Shown piece by piece: positions 28,181 to 37,981 of a stretch of DNA of 64,000 nucleotides (position 1 is its first letter; every line of letters begins with the position of its first letter). The notes below the pieces were generated by a model. It searched no databases. It was not told where the DNA came from and worked only from the letters and a program-made list of their open reading frames with translations. A program made the translations under genes and the position numbers. The DNA comes from an uncultured Chloroflexia bacterium (GTDB lineage: Bacteria > Chloroflexota > Chloroflexia > Thermomicrobiales > CFX8), in the NCBI GenBank assembly GCA_963709995.1, contig CAVPYN010000011.1, forward strand, positions 15,829-79,828, read 5' to 3'.

Positions 28181-29986
28181 ATGAGCAACGCGGCTCCACC
28201 AATACCTCGCGACCAGGTGCCGAAAGAAGAACGCTGGGCAATCGAAAGCGTCTTCGATTCGATCGATGCCTGGAACAGTGAATTCATCCGGTTGAGCTCC
28301 AGCCTTGCTCAGTTCGGCGCGGATCAGGGAACACTGGGAGATTCAGGCGCTGCAATGCTCGAGACGTTGCGGCGGCGAGACGAAATCATGCGTAAAGTCG
28401 ATAAGCTCGCCACCTATGCGTTTCTACGGCAATCGGAGGACGCGACGAACCAGCAAATCAGTGAACTGGCGGACCGCGCGTCGTCGATCTGGGCGAGAGC
28501 GCAGGCGGCAGCAGCATTCATCGAACCGGAGATTCTCCAGATCCCGCCACAGACGATCAACCAGTTCATGCGCGATGAACCGCAGCTGGAGACGTACCGC
28601 CACTATTTCTCGGTCATCGACCTTCGCCGGGAGCATACCCGGTCAGCCGAGGTCGAGGAGTTGCTGGCACGCGCGACCGAGATCACCTGGTCCTTCGCGA
28701 GCATTCACAATGCGCTGGAGAATGCCGATCTCGATCTCGGGATCATCACCGATGATGAAGGAAGGGAACAACAGCTCAGCCAGGGCAATCTCGGCGTCTT
28801 CCTGAGCAGTCAGGACCGGGAGGTTCGCGAAGCCGCGTGGACCACGAGCGCCAGAGCTTACCTCTCTGCCCGCAACTCGATGGCCCAATCACTTGCGGGC
28901 TCGATCAAGAGCGATGTCTTCTATGCTCGCGCCCGCCACTACGACTCTGCTTTGCAAGCAGCGTTGGAACCGTTCAATATCCCCGATCAGGTCTTCTATA
29001 ACTTGCTCGAGACGGTGAAGGACAATCTTCCAACCTGGCATCGGTATTTTCGCATTCGCCGGCGTATCCTGGGCGTGGATCAACTTCAGGAATGGGACAT
29101 CACCGCGCCACTGGTCACCAACACCACGAAGATTCCGTGGGACCGGGGCATCGAGATGATCCTCAGTTCTTTGGAACCGCTGGGAGATGAGTACGTCTCG
29201 ATCGTTCGCGATGGCGCCCGGAATCGCTGGGTCGACCGCGCGGCTAACCGGGGAAAACATGGCGGGGCGTTTAGTGGCGGGTCGCCGGGAACGCCGCCGT
29301 TCATCAGCATGACCTACGATGACGACTTCAATAGCGTCAGCACGCTCACCCATGAACTCGGACACTCGCTGCACTCGTACTACACCTGGCAAGCACAACC
29401 GCACGTCTATTCTGACTACGGGATGATGGTGGCCGAAACAGCATCCAACATGCACCAGGCGCTGATGGGCAAGAAGCTGCTGAGCGAAGTCGACGATCCA
29501 GCTTTTCTGATCGAGATTATTGAAGAACGGATGAGCAACCACTTGCGCTACTTCTTCACGATGCCGATCCTCGCGCGCTTCGAGCTTGAGTGCCACACTC
29601 GAGTCGAAGAGGGCGGCGCGCTTACCGCGGAAAACATGTCCGAACTACTCGCTGACATTTATGAGGAATCGTATGGTGGCGAAGTTGTCGTGGATCGCGA
29701 ACTGATGGGCATCACCTGGGCGCGCTTCCCGCATCTCTTCCAGGCGTACTACGTGTTCAATTACGCGATTGGAATCGCGGCGGCCGCGGAACTCTCGAAT
29801 CAGGTGCTCGACGAGGGGGAGACGGCAGTCCAGCGATACCTGAACTTCCTGCGCACCGGCGCGTCGAGCTTTGAAATCGACGCCCTGCGGGACGCCGGAG
29901 TCGACATGACCGGGCCCGGACCCGTCCAGGCAGCCTTCGATCTCCTGGCCGTTTACGTCGACCGTCTTGATGAATTGACGCGGTAG
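28181..29986 (+). CDS. pepF: Oligoendopeptidase F (M3B metallopeptidase)
   Basis: 601 aa. Zinc motif THELGHSLHSY with typical PepF length and layout. Confidence 0.9.
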   Translation: MSNAAPPIPRDQVPKEERWAIESVFDSIDAWNSEFIRLSSSLAQFGADQGTLGDSGAAMLETLRRRDEIMRKVDKLATYAFLRQSEDATNQQISELADRASSIWARAQAAAAFIEPEILQIPPQTINQFMRDEPQLETYRHYFSVIDLRREHTRSAEVEELLARATEITWSFASIHNALENADLDLGIITDDEGREQQLSQGNLGVFLSSQDREVREAAWTTSARAYLSARNSMAQSLAGSIKSDVFYARARHYDSALQAALEPFNIPDQVFYNLLETVKDNLPTWHRYFRIRRRILGVDQLQEWDITAPLVTNTTKIPWDRGIEMILSSLEPLGDEYVSIVRDGARNRWVDRAANRGKHGGAFSGGSPGTPPFISMTYDDDFNSVSTLTHELGHSLHSYYTWQAQPHVYSDYGMMVAETASNMHQALMGKKLLSEVDDPAFLIEIIEERMSNHLRYFFTMPILARFELECHTRVEEGGALTAENMSELLADIYEESYGGEVVVDRELMGITWARFPHLFQAYYVFNYAIGIAAAAELSNQVLDEGETAVQRYLNFLRTGASSFEIDALRDAGVDMTGPGPVQAAFDLLAVYVDRLDELTR

Positions 29987-30053
29987 TCAACATCGCGCGA
30001 TCGGCGTCCGGGCCAAGCGAGTCGTTCGATATGCACTTCATGCAAGGTGATAT

Positions 30054-30983
30054 TCAGTCAGCCAGAATCGAAACCTTGTCGGTGATTTCATAGTCGCGAA
30101 TATTGTTGAGGTGATGCCTGGTTGCTGGCTCAACGTGCACCGTGACATCTGCTGGCTGGCCAAGCTGATCTTCGACTGCCAGCGCCACTTCGCTGGCGAT
30201 TTCATGTCCCCGAACGACCGACAGTGATGGCTTGACTTGAATATGGAGGTCGACCCAGGCACGCCCGCCGCCGCCACGGCTCCGGACAGCATGGGCGCCA
30301 CGAACCCCAGGAACGGAAAGCGCGGCTTGACGAATGATCTCCGCGTCCTCGACCGCTGAATCGGAGAGGCTCAACGCCGCGTCGCGGACAATCTGCCAGG
30401 CGCCGTAGGCAATGAACCCGGCAATCACCAGCGTCACCAGCACGTCCGCCATCCCGAAACCCAGCCGGACCAGAGCAAACGACGCCAGCACCGAGATGGA
30501 CACCAGAACGTCGCTCTGCGTATGGCGGGAGTCAGCCAGAAGCACGGCGCTATCCAGTGCGCGAGCCTCGCGGCGTTCCCAGAGCGTCACGCCAATGTTG
30601 ATCAGAATCGTCACGCTCATCACGGCGATGGCCAACAATCCGATATCCGGGGCGCTGTCGCCGAGCAAACGAGACCAGACGCTGCTGACGATCTCCGCAA
30701 GCGCAATCATCATGAAGGCGGCGATGCCAAGCGTCGTGAGCATTTCGAAACGGTGATGCCCATAGGGATGGTCGGGGTCGGCGGGGCGCGCGGCAACCGA
30801 GACGCCAATCAGCGCGACGACATTCGAGGCTCCGTCTAACAACGAGTGCAGCCCATCGGCAACCATCGCGAGCGAACCTGCGAGCGTTCCAACCGCGAGC
30901 TTTGCCACGGCAACCAGCAGATTGAGCACCAGAACGGCGACGAGGACTAGCCGAACGCGGGCTGTCACCTCGGAACGGTCCAT
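30054..30983 (-). CDS. Cation diffusion facilitator (CDF) metal efflux transporter
   Basis: AMVADGLHSLLDGASN...DPDHPYGHHRFE are CDF signatures, followed by a C-terminal cytoplasmic domain. Start placed at the internal Met (MDRSEV); the longest ORF starts at 31082. Confidence 0.85.
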   Translation of the reverse strand: MDRSEVTARVRLVLVAVLVLNLLVAVAKLAVGTLAGSLAMVADGLHSLLDGASNVVALIGVSVAARPADPDHPYGHHRFEMLTTLGIAAFMMIALAEIVSSVWSRLLGDSAPDIGLLAIAVMSVTILINIGVTLWERREARALDSAVLLADSRHTQSDVLVSISVLASFALVRLGFGMADVLVTLVIAGFIAYGAWQIVRDAALSLSDSAVEDAEIIRQAALSVPGVRGAHAVRSRGGGGRAWVDLHIQVKPSLSVVRGHEIASEVALAVEDQLGQPADVTVHVEPATRHHLNNIRDYEITDKVSILAD

Positions 30984-31216
30984 TGCGCCTTCGCGTGTCA
31001 GGGAATCGGTCACAGTTCGTCTCTCCGAATTACATGCAAACATAATCCATACGAGTGTATGCAGCTCGGGCTGGGAAGTCACGGGGCAATTTCTTATTTT
31101 GGCCTGCTGGATACGAATTCGATGTCGCTCGCAATTTGAATTTTTGCGTTGCCTAAGTCATGCAAACGAAGCCTAACCCCGTTCATCTGATAGATTGATA
31201 GTGAAAAAGAATCGCC

Positions 31217-34135
31217 ATGCGGGAACATCGTTGGACGATGAGAGGATTTTCGAACGTCGTGCAACAAGTATCCAGGCTATTTGGACGGGACCGCGAGCGA
31301 CTGAAGCTAACGGCGATTCTAGATGCAGCGTGTGGAGGAACGGGTGGTCTCGCGCTCCTTAGTGGGGAGGCCGGCCTCGGCAAGACGTCGCTTGTCCTGG
31401 AAACAGGCCAGCGCGCTCAAGAGCTTGAGATGCGCGTTGCAACGGGTAGTGGTTACGATCTCTCGACGACTCCGCCGTACGGGCCATGGATCGAGATTTT
31501 GCAAGAAGCTCTCGATCTTGATCAGCAGATTCCTATAGACATCTCGAATCGATCTGAACCCTGGACTAGCGCCAGTCAAGAAGAACTCTTCCAGCGGACA
31601 CGCGAAGTTCTACACAAAGCAGCAACTGTTGATCCACTGCTGATCATCCTTGACGACGCCCACTGGGCGGACCAAGCAAGCCTGGACCTTCTGCGCTTTC
31701 TCGCACGCACGTTGCATCAAGCTCCGGTTGCTCTCGTCGTCTCGTACCGTTCCGACGAAATATCTCGTCATCATCCGCTCTACGCCTTGATCCCGACGCT
31801 TTGTCGGGAAGCACAAGTAACCCGGCTAGACTTGAGGCCACTCGGTGAATCTTCGATACGTGAGTGGATCGGGGAAGTCTACGCGTTGTCCAAGCCGGAA
31901 GAAGATCGGCTGGCGAGGTATCTCACAGACAACGCCGAAGGGAATCCTTTTTTCGCCAGCGAAATTCTGCGGACGCTAGAAGAAGATCGTGTCCTCACGC
32001 CCGGCGAAGATGGTTGGTCACTAAGACGACTGCCGCAGTTAACTGTTCCGTCGCTCCTGCAACAGGTCATTGACGTCCGCGTGAGCCGATTGAGTTCGAC
32101 CGGTCAGAACTTACTGACAACGGCATCCGTCATTGGTCACGAAGTTTCTCTCGAACTCTGGCAACAGGTTACTAACGAGGGGGAAGAAGTACTTATAGAG
32201 GTCGTGGAAGAGGCAACGGAAATTCGCCTTGTCACTCCCAACGCAGATGGTCGGAAATTCACGTTCCGCCATTCGATGTTCCGAGAGATTCTCTACCAGA
32301 GTATTTCACCACCTCGCCGGCGACTCATTCACCAGCAGGTGGCCACACTTTTGGCGACCGATCCATTAGCGGACCCAGATATCATAGCGCACCATTTTCA
32401 CTCGGCAGACGATGAGCGTGCCGTCGCCTGGCTAGTCCAAGCCGCCGAGCGTGCCTGGCGATCCTGGGCCTGGACCGAGGCGGCCGACCGCTTACAGCGA
32501 GCCGTTGATATGCTTTCGTCACAGCCCCTCCGCGACGTGGAGCGTGCCTGGCTCCTGATTCGCCTGGCGGAGGCGCGGCGTTACAATGCGCCACGCCGAG
32601 CGCGCGAACATGTCGATGAAGCAGAACAGATCGCGGCCAAGGCCGGGGACGTTGTCTTGTCTACCGCGGTGCGCTGGGTACGTGGCCGGATCAAAGTCGC
32701 AACTGACGAGAACGGTCTTCCGGATCTCGAAGCCGCCGTTGCAGCCATGAAGACGTTCGATGTCGACGGCAAGAAACGGTTTCTGGAGCACACCGGGTTT
32801 CGGGTCGACTCCGCGCCAGCGATCTTCGCAGTTTGGCTGGCGATCTTGGGACGGTACACCGAAGCAATTGAAGCCAGTGACGACTATTTCGAAACCGTCG
32901 CCGACGACCAACGTTTGCCGCTAATCGACGCCGAGGCACACCTCGCGCAGGGCATAGCCAACGCTGCGCTCGGCCAACCTGAGCGTTCAAGCGCTGCATT
33001 CCAGGCGGCGCTGAGCATCTATTTACGACACGGTGACAATCTGTCGGTCGGTCACACCTCATACCTTTTCCTGATCGAGACGATTCTCCCCTACGCGCCC
33101 GACGATCTACCCCTGCGTGCGCAAGTAGCGGAGATCGGTGATAGAGCGTGGAATCAAGCGAATGAGATCAATATCACCCGGGCTCCGATCGTCTCGCCCC
33201 CACTCTTATTTCTGGAGGGCCGCTGGGATGAGTTGCGCGCAGTCGTGGGTCGGACGGTCGGGCTCCGCAACTACGTCCGCATCTGGACGGCATCGTACGG
33301 CGCAGCGGTGGCACGGGAACGGGGTGATCCCGAGATGGCGCATGCTTACGTCCAAGCGGGGCTGCCACCCGATCCCAGTTTCAGAGAAGGTAGCGTGTGG
33401 ATAAGCTGCTCGATCCAGAGCATACGCCTGGCGGCGGATCTGGCTTTGGACGCAGACGATGCCGACGACGCCGAGCGCTGGATCACGATCCACAAAGACC
33501 TACTGACCGCCACGGGGCGAGTTACCGGGCGTGCCGAAGGTGCGCTGCTGAGATCACGGCTCTCGCTGGCCAGGGGGCTTCCGTCAGCAGCGTTGGAACA
33601 TGCTCGCCAGGCACTCGAATTCGCTACGAACCCGCGTCAGCCGCTGGCGCAGATCCGTGCTCAAAGGATGCTGGGAGACATCTCACTCGTGCTCGGAGAC
33701 CCGGAAACAGCCGCTTGTCACCTCGCCGCAGCACTGGATCTCAGCCGCTCCTGTACGGCCGTGTATGAGGAAGCCATGACGAAAGCTATTGCAGGACGAC
33801 ATGCACTGATCATAGGCAAGACAGCACGTGCGATGAATCTATTGGATGAAGCAGCCGAAGTTGCCTCCAGATTGAATGCCCAACCATTGCTCGATCAAAT
33901 CGAATACGAGAGAGAAAGCTCGCGCGTAGTGGATGAGTATCCCGATAACCTGACCATGCGTGAGGTCGAAGTCCTCAGGTTCGTCACTGAAGGCAATACC
34001 GATACTCAAATCGCCGAGTCGTTGTCAATCAGCCCACGAACCGTCATGACTCACGTCTCAAACATCCTCGGCAAGACAGGCGCCCCGTCGCGTGCTGCTG
34101 CCGCTGCATATGCCGTCCGCCGGGGCCTGGCCTGA
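31217..34135 (+). CDS. Large LuxR-family regulator: N-terminal P-loop (STAND/AAA) ATPase, helical/TPR-like middle, C-terminal LuxR HTH
   Basis: 972 aa. Walker A is GEAGLGKTS, Walker B is LLIILDDAHWAD, and the C-terminus is LTMREVEVLRFVTEGNTDTQIAESLSISPRTVMTHVSNIL. GC content is visibly lower than in neighbouring genes. Confidence 0.85.
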   Translation: MREHRWTMRGFSNVVQQVSRLFGRDRERLKLTAILDAACGGTGGLALLSGEAGLGKTSLVLETGQRAQELEMRVATGSGYDLSTTPPYGPWIEILQEALDLDQQIPIDISNRSEPWTSASQEELFQRTREVLHKAATVDPLLIILDDAHWADQASLDLLRFLARTLHQAPVALVVSYRSDEISRHHPLYALIPTLCREAQVTRLDLRPLGESSIREWIGEVYALSKPEEDRLARYLTDNAEGNPFFASEILRTLEEDRVLTPGEDGWSLRRLPQLTVPSLLQQVIDVRVSRLSSTGQNLLTTASVIGHEVSLELWQQVTNEGEEVLIEVVEEATEIRLVTPNADGRKFTFRHSMFREILYQSISPPRRRLIHQQVATLLATDPLADPDIIAHHFHSADDERAVAWLVQAAERAWRSWAWTEAADRLQRAVDMLSSQPLRDVERAWLLIRLAEARRYNAPRRAREHVDEAEQIAAKAGDVVLSTAVRWVRGRIKVATDENGLPDLEAAVAAMKTFDVDGKKRFLEHTGFRVDSAPAIFAVWLAILGRYTEAIEASDDYFETVADDQRLPLIDAEAHLAQGIANAALGQPERSSAAFQAALSIYLRHGDNLSVGHTSYLFLIETILPYAPDDLPLRAQVAEIGDRAWNQANEINITRAPIVSPPLLFLEGRWDELRAVVGRTVGLRNYVRIWTASYGAAVARERGDPEMAHAYVQAGLPPDPSFREGSVWISCSIQSIRLAADLALDADDADDAERWITIHKDLLTATGRVTGRAEGALLRSRLSLARGLPSAALEHARQALEFATNPRQPLAQIRAQRMLGDISLVLGDPETAACHLAAALDLSRSCTAVYEEAMTKAIAGRHALIIGKTARAMNLLDEAAEVASRLNAQPLLDQIEYERESSRVVDEYPDNLTMREVEVLRFVTEGNTDTQIAESLSISPRTVMTHVSNILGKTGAPSRAAAAAYAVRRGLA

Positions 34136-34397
34136 GTCCCGTTGCGAAAATCACGTAGTCTCCAAGAACCTCCTGTCGCCGAGAAACCCGCAATATCCAC
34201 GATGACACGCGCCCTCAATTCTGTCATCGTACATAGGGGATGAGTTTTGAGAAGGGAGAATCGGAAGAAACTCAAGTCTGCGATACGGACATCACTTCAA
34301 CGCGACAGTTGGCGATGCGTTACATCGTCATCGCAAGAGGTGCAATTGCACTACGATGCGTGTACACGTTGGATATTCGTCAGGAGGGCGATACACG

Positions 34398-34667
34398 ATG
34401 CCGAAATACATCATCGAACGCAGGACTCCTGAGCCGATGAGCGAATCAGAACTCCGGGCCACCGCACAACGCTCTGCCGAGGCTATCCAGGAGCTCGGCG
34501 CGGGCATTCAGTGGCTCGAAAGCTTCGTGACTGACGACGCCATCTACTGCGTCTACATTGCCGAGAATGAAGCAATCATCCGTGAGCACGCGTTTCGCGG
34601 CGATCTTCCAGCGGACCGCGTTGTCCAGGTCAGACAGGTCATCGACCCCACGTATGCCGAAAGCTGA
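34398..34667 (+). CDS. DUF4242-family small protein
   Basis: MPKYIIERRTPEP...IQWLESFVTDDAIYCVYIAENEAIIREHA matches the DUF4242 pattern as I recall it. AGGAGG lies 8 nt upstream of ATG 34398. Confidence 0.6.
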   Translation: MPKYIIERRTPEPMSESELRATAQRSAEAIQELGAGIQWLESFVTDDAIYCVYIAENEAIIREHAFRGDLPADRVVQVRQVIDPTYAES

Positions 34668-34871
34668 CTACCGGCACAGAATCTAGGTCGTGGGCATCAC
34701 GACCATCAAGACCAACGCATAGAGATGTACTAGGCGTCTCCACGGCCGGCGCCGTTGAAGTTTGATGCCCCGTGACTCTCTGCGCATCGATCGATGAAGA
34801 TTCACAGTCCGCGCGCAACCAGACCCGATCCAGGGCATGAGCGACACAAGAAGTATCGAGAGGAAAACAGT

Positions 34872-36275
34872 ATGGCGATTGAAACTAGACCAGGGGCGAT
34901 TGAACGGTCGAAGGTCGAGGCGCTGTCAGCACAGATCCGGGGTGGGATCATGCTACCTGACAGCCCAGACTACGATGAGGCGAGAACCCTCTACAACGCG
35001 ATGATCGACAAACACCCGGCGATGATCGTGCGCTGCCGTGACGCGGCCGATGTAATCAGTGCACTGCGGTTCGGCCGGGAACATGACTTGCAGATCGCCA
35101 TTCGGGGCGGTGGCCACAATGTCGCTGGGAAAGGCAGTTGTGATGACGGCCTCGTCATCGACCTTTCGATGATGAACGGCGTCCGGGTTGATCCTGTAGC
35201 ACGTACGGTGCGTGTTGAAGGAGGCGCCCTCTGGGGCGACGTCGACCACGCCACCCAGGCGTTCGGTTTGGCGACGCCTACTGGAATCATCTCGACGACC
35301 GGCGTCGCCGGCCTCACCCTCGGCGGGGGATTCGGCTACCTTTCTCGTCGATACGGACTGTCGCTCGATAATCTGCTCGAAGCCGACGTGGTGACCGCCG
35401 ATGGACGCTTTGTGACCGCCAGCGAGCATGAGCACCCCGACCTCTTCTGGGCGCTCCGGGGCGGTGGTGGCAACTTCGGCATCGTCACTTCGTTCAAATT
35501 CAAGCTCCATGACGTGTCGACGATTTACGGCGGGCCGATCTTCTACCCGATCGATCAGGTCACAAACTTGCTTGAGTTCTATCGCGACTGGATCGTCAAC
35601 GCGCCGCGTGAAATCAGCGCTTTCTTCGCAGTGCATCAAGGCCCTCCGGCGCCATTCGTTCCAGAAGCACTGCACTTCGTCCCTGCGGCCGCTTTTGTCG
35701 TCTGTTATACGGGCGATATGAATAATGCGGAGCAAGCAGTCAAATCATTTCGCGAAGCTGCTCCGGTTGCTCTCGATCTGATGTCGGCCATGCCCTACCC
35801 GATGATCCAATCGCTCTTCGACGATCTCTTCTCGCCGGGTCTCCAGCACTACTGGAAGTCGGATATCATCGACGCGCTGCCTGATGAAGCGATCGAGATC
35901 CACGCTCGCTATGCTCCAGGAGTACCGGATCCGTGGTCGGGCGTGCACATCTATCCCCTTAACGGCGCCATCCACGACACGCCGAGCAATGCAACGGCAT
36001 TTCCGTTCCGCGACGCCATGGCAACCCACAACATCCTGGGCGTCAATCCCGATCCGGCAGTCGCGGCAGATAGAACTGCCCTGGTCCGTCGCTACCACGA
36101 AGAACTGCGACCGTATTCCGACCCAGGCGGGTACGTCAACTTCATGGCTGAAGAAGGCGACGAGCGAGTGCGCGCCGCCTACCGCGACAACTTCCCACGT
36201 CTGACACAAATCAAACGCACCTGGGACCCGGACAATGTGTTCCGTATCAACCAGAACATCACTCCGGCGCACTGA
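34872..36275 (+). CDS. FAD-linked oxidase (PCMH-type FAD-binding domain plus C-terminal BBE-like domain)
   Basis: IAIRGGGHNVAGKG, then GGGNFGIV, then a C-terminal ...WDPDNVFRINQNI (BBE signature). Start at MAIETRP, preceded by GAGAGGAAAA. Confidence 0.85.
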   Translation: MAIETRPGAIERSKVEALSAQIRGGIMLPDSPDYDEARTLYNAMIDKHPAMIVRCRDAADVISALRFGREHDLQIAIRGGGHNVAGKGSCDDGLVIDLSMMNGVRVDPVARTVRVEGGALWGDVDHATQAFGLATPTGIISTTGVAGLTLGGGFGYLSRRYGLSLDNLLEADVVTADGRFVTASEHEHPDLFWALRGGGGNFGIVTSFKFKLHDVSTIYGGPIFYPIDQVTNLLEFYRDWIVNAPREISAFFAVHQGPPAPFVPEALHFVPAAAFVVCYTGDMNNAEQAVKSFREAAPVALDLMSAMPYPMIQSLFDDLFSPGLQHYWKSDIIDALPDEAIEIHARYAPGVPDPWSGVHIYPLNGAIHDTPSNATAFPFRDAMATHNILGVNPDPAVAADRTALVRRYHEELRPYSDPGGYVNFMAEEGDERVRAAYRDNFPRLTQIKRTWDPDNVFRINQNITPAH

Positions 36276-36357
36276 GAAGTGCCGCGGGCCTGAGTATTCC
36301 GACGGCCGTGCCTCTGACTCGCACTCCTGGATTGCGGATCAGAGGCACATCTCCCTG

Positions 36358-37884
36358 TTAGGAACTAAGCTCCGGGCTTTCGAACGGTTGATATGGAACC
36401 AGGAACGGTTCAGCAATCCAGCCCACTTGCCCGCTCGGAATCACGACCTCGATCCACACAAATCCGTCCGCCTCTGCGCTTCGCCCGGTTAGCTGGACGA
36501 CAACGCCTTCCCGCAATGCGGTGATACGTGGGGAATCCAGTCGAGGATCACGCCGCACGTTGACTCCCTCGCCGTTCGTCGCGGCAACTGAGGCATACAT
36601 GACCGGGGTTGGTGTTGGCGGCGGCGTAGCGGACGGCGTGGCGGTGGGAGCTCGGGTGGCCGTCGGGGAGACTGTAGGCGTTGGGCTCGAAGTCGCGGTC
36701 GCGGTTGCGGGTATCGTCGCGGTTGTCGTCGCTTGAGTGGTCGCGGTTGGCGTGGGGATTGGGGGCGGTGTTTCCGTTCCGGCAGCGGGCGGCGGAGTTT
36801 CAGTTGGAGGGGAAAGTGGTTCGAGCTTCGTGATCGGAATAATCAGCAATTCGAGGGCGACGGTCCTATCCAGATTTGCCGCCAGATCACGCTGAAGGTC
36901 CAGGCTCTCGGAGAAGGACAAATCCTGCGGCGAGCGCACCGTAGCAACGATATGCAACGCATCCCCATCAGTCTGCCGGTCGAAGCTTACGAGACTGGCG
37001 CCTGGGCTCATTTCTTCGAGTCCTTCTACCAGCGTGGCGCGAATGGTCTGGTTCTCGCGCGCATCGCTGGCGATGCCAACCATGAAGCTCACCAATGGCA
37101 CGGCCACCAGGATAAGCATCAAGGTGGCCAGCAGGAACGTGCGCGACATGACCTCCCGTCGACGCTTGACGTTCAGCGGGCCGAAACCGACCAGTGCAAA
37201 GACGACAGCGCTCGAAAAGACGATCGCGACGAAGTTGGCGAGAAAGAGGAGTAGCGCGCCGTCTCGGACGTCGGCGCGTCCCTGGGCGATCCCGATGCCG
37301 ACAACGCACAGTGGAGGCATCAGCGCCGTCGAGATCGCCACACCCGGAAGGGTTGGCGAGAGGCGCGGCTGGGCAAGAGCGTAGGAAGCGGCCAGCCCGC
37401 CAGCGAACGCGATCGTAAGATCAAAGAGCGTCGGAGCGGTGCGGCTCGTCACCTCGGCGGGCAACTCAGCCAGAAAATTCAACTCGCTCGTCGAAACGGC
37501 GCGCCCGAGCAGCATGCTCATCCCGATCGCGACCGCGACGCCAGCGGCAAGGGTGATCAGCGCCCCGACGATCCTGAGCGGATCACCGCGAATCAGAGCC
37601 AGCGCGATTGCCAGTATCGGCATCATCAGCGGCGCGATCAGCATTGCCCCGATGATCACCGCGCCGCTGTCGAGGATGAGCCCGAAGGTGGCGATAACGC
37701 AGCTCAGCACGGTCAGCATCAGGTAGTCCTGGGAAATGACTGCGGCTGCGTCGAGCTCGCCCACAACCTCTCGCTGGCGAGTTCGTGGTATCTGCCGCGT
37801 CATCCTGCTGCGCAGGTCAAAGATCTGGCGTACGAAGCCAGACAACCGCTCCCAAACGGATGGACGATCGCTCCCCGAGGTCAT
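36358..37884 (-). CDS. DUF389-family integral membrane protein fused through a Pro/Thr-rich linker to a C-terminal SH3b-like domain
   Basis: 508 aa. The DUF389-like TM core is GAMLIAPLMMPI...ALMPPLCVVGIG. A ~70-aa PT linker (PTETPPPAAGTETPPPIPTPTATT...) follows. The C-terminus GEGVNVRRDPRLDSPRITALREGVVVQL...WIEVV...GWI is SH3b-like. Confidence 0.75.
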   Translation of the reverse strand: MTSGSDRPSVWERLSGFVRQIFDLRSRMTRQIPRTRQREVVGELDAAAVISQDYLMLTVLSCVIATFGLILDSGAVIIGAMLIAPLMMPILAIALALIRGDPLRIVGALITLAAGVAVAIGMSMLLGRAVSTSELNFLAELPAEVTSRTAPTLFDLTIAFAGGLAASYALAQPRLSPTLPGVAISTALMPPLCVVGIGIAQGRADVRDGALLLFLANFVAIVFSSAVVFALVGFGPLNVKRRREVMSRTFLLATLMLILVAVPLVSFMVGIASDARENQTIRATLVEGLEEMSPGASLVSFDRQTDGDALHIVATVRSPQDLSFSESLDLQRDLAANLDRTVALELLIIPITKLEPLSPPTETPPPAAGTETPPPIPTPTATTQATTTATIPATATATSSPTPTVSPTATRAPTATPSATPPPTPTPVMYASVAATNGEGVNVRRDPRLDSPRITALREGVVVQLTGRSAEADGFVWIEVVIPSGQVGWIAEPFLVPYQPFESPELSS

Positions 37885-37981
37885 GTTAAGATCCCGCCAG
37901 TGTTCGGACCGCGGACGGCGGGATCCGGCGTCAAGCAGCCGGCAGCCGTCGGAGCGATCGTACTACGAAGCGGGGCTCACC

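Noticed and set aside
36560-36800. Short tandem-like GC repeats that could suggest a repeat array
   Set aside because: They are the coding sequence (minus strand) of the Pro/Thr-rich linker of the DUF389-SH3 protein. There is no spacer/repeat periodicity of CRISPR type.
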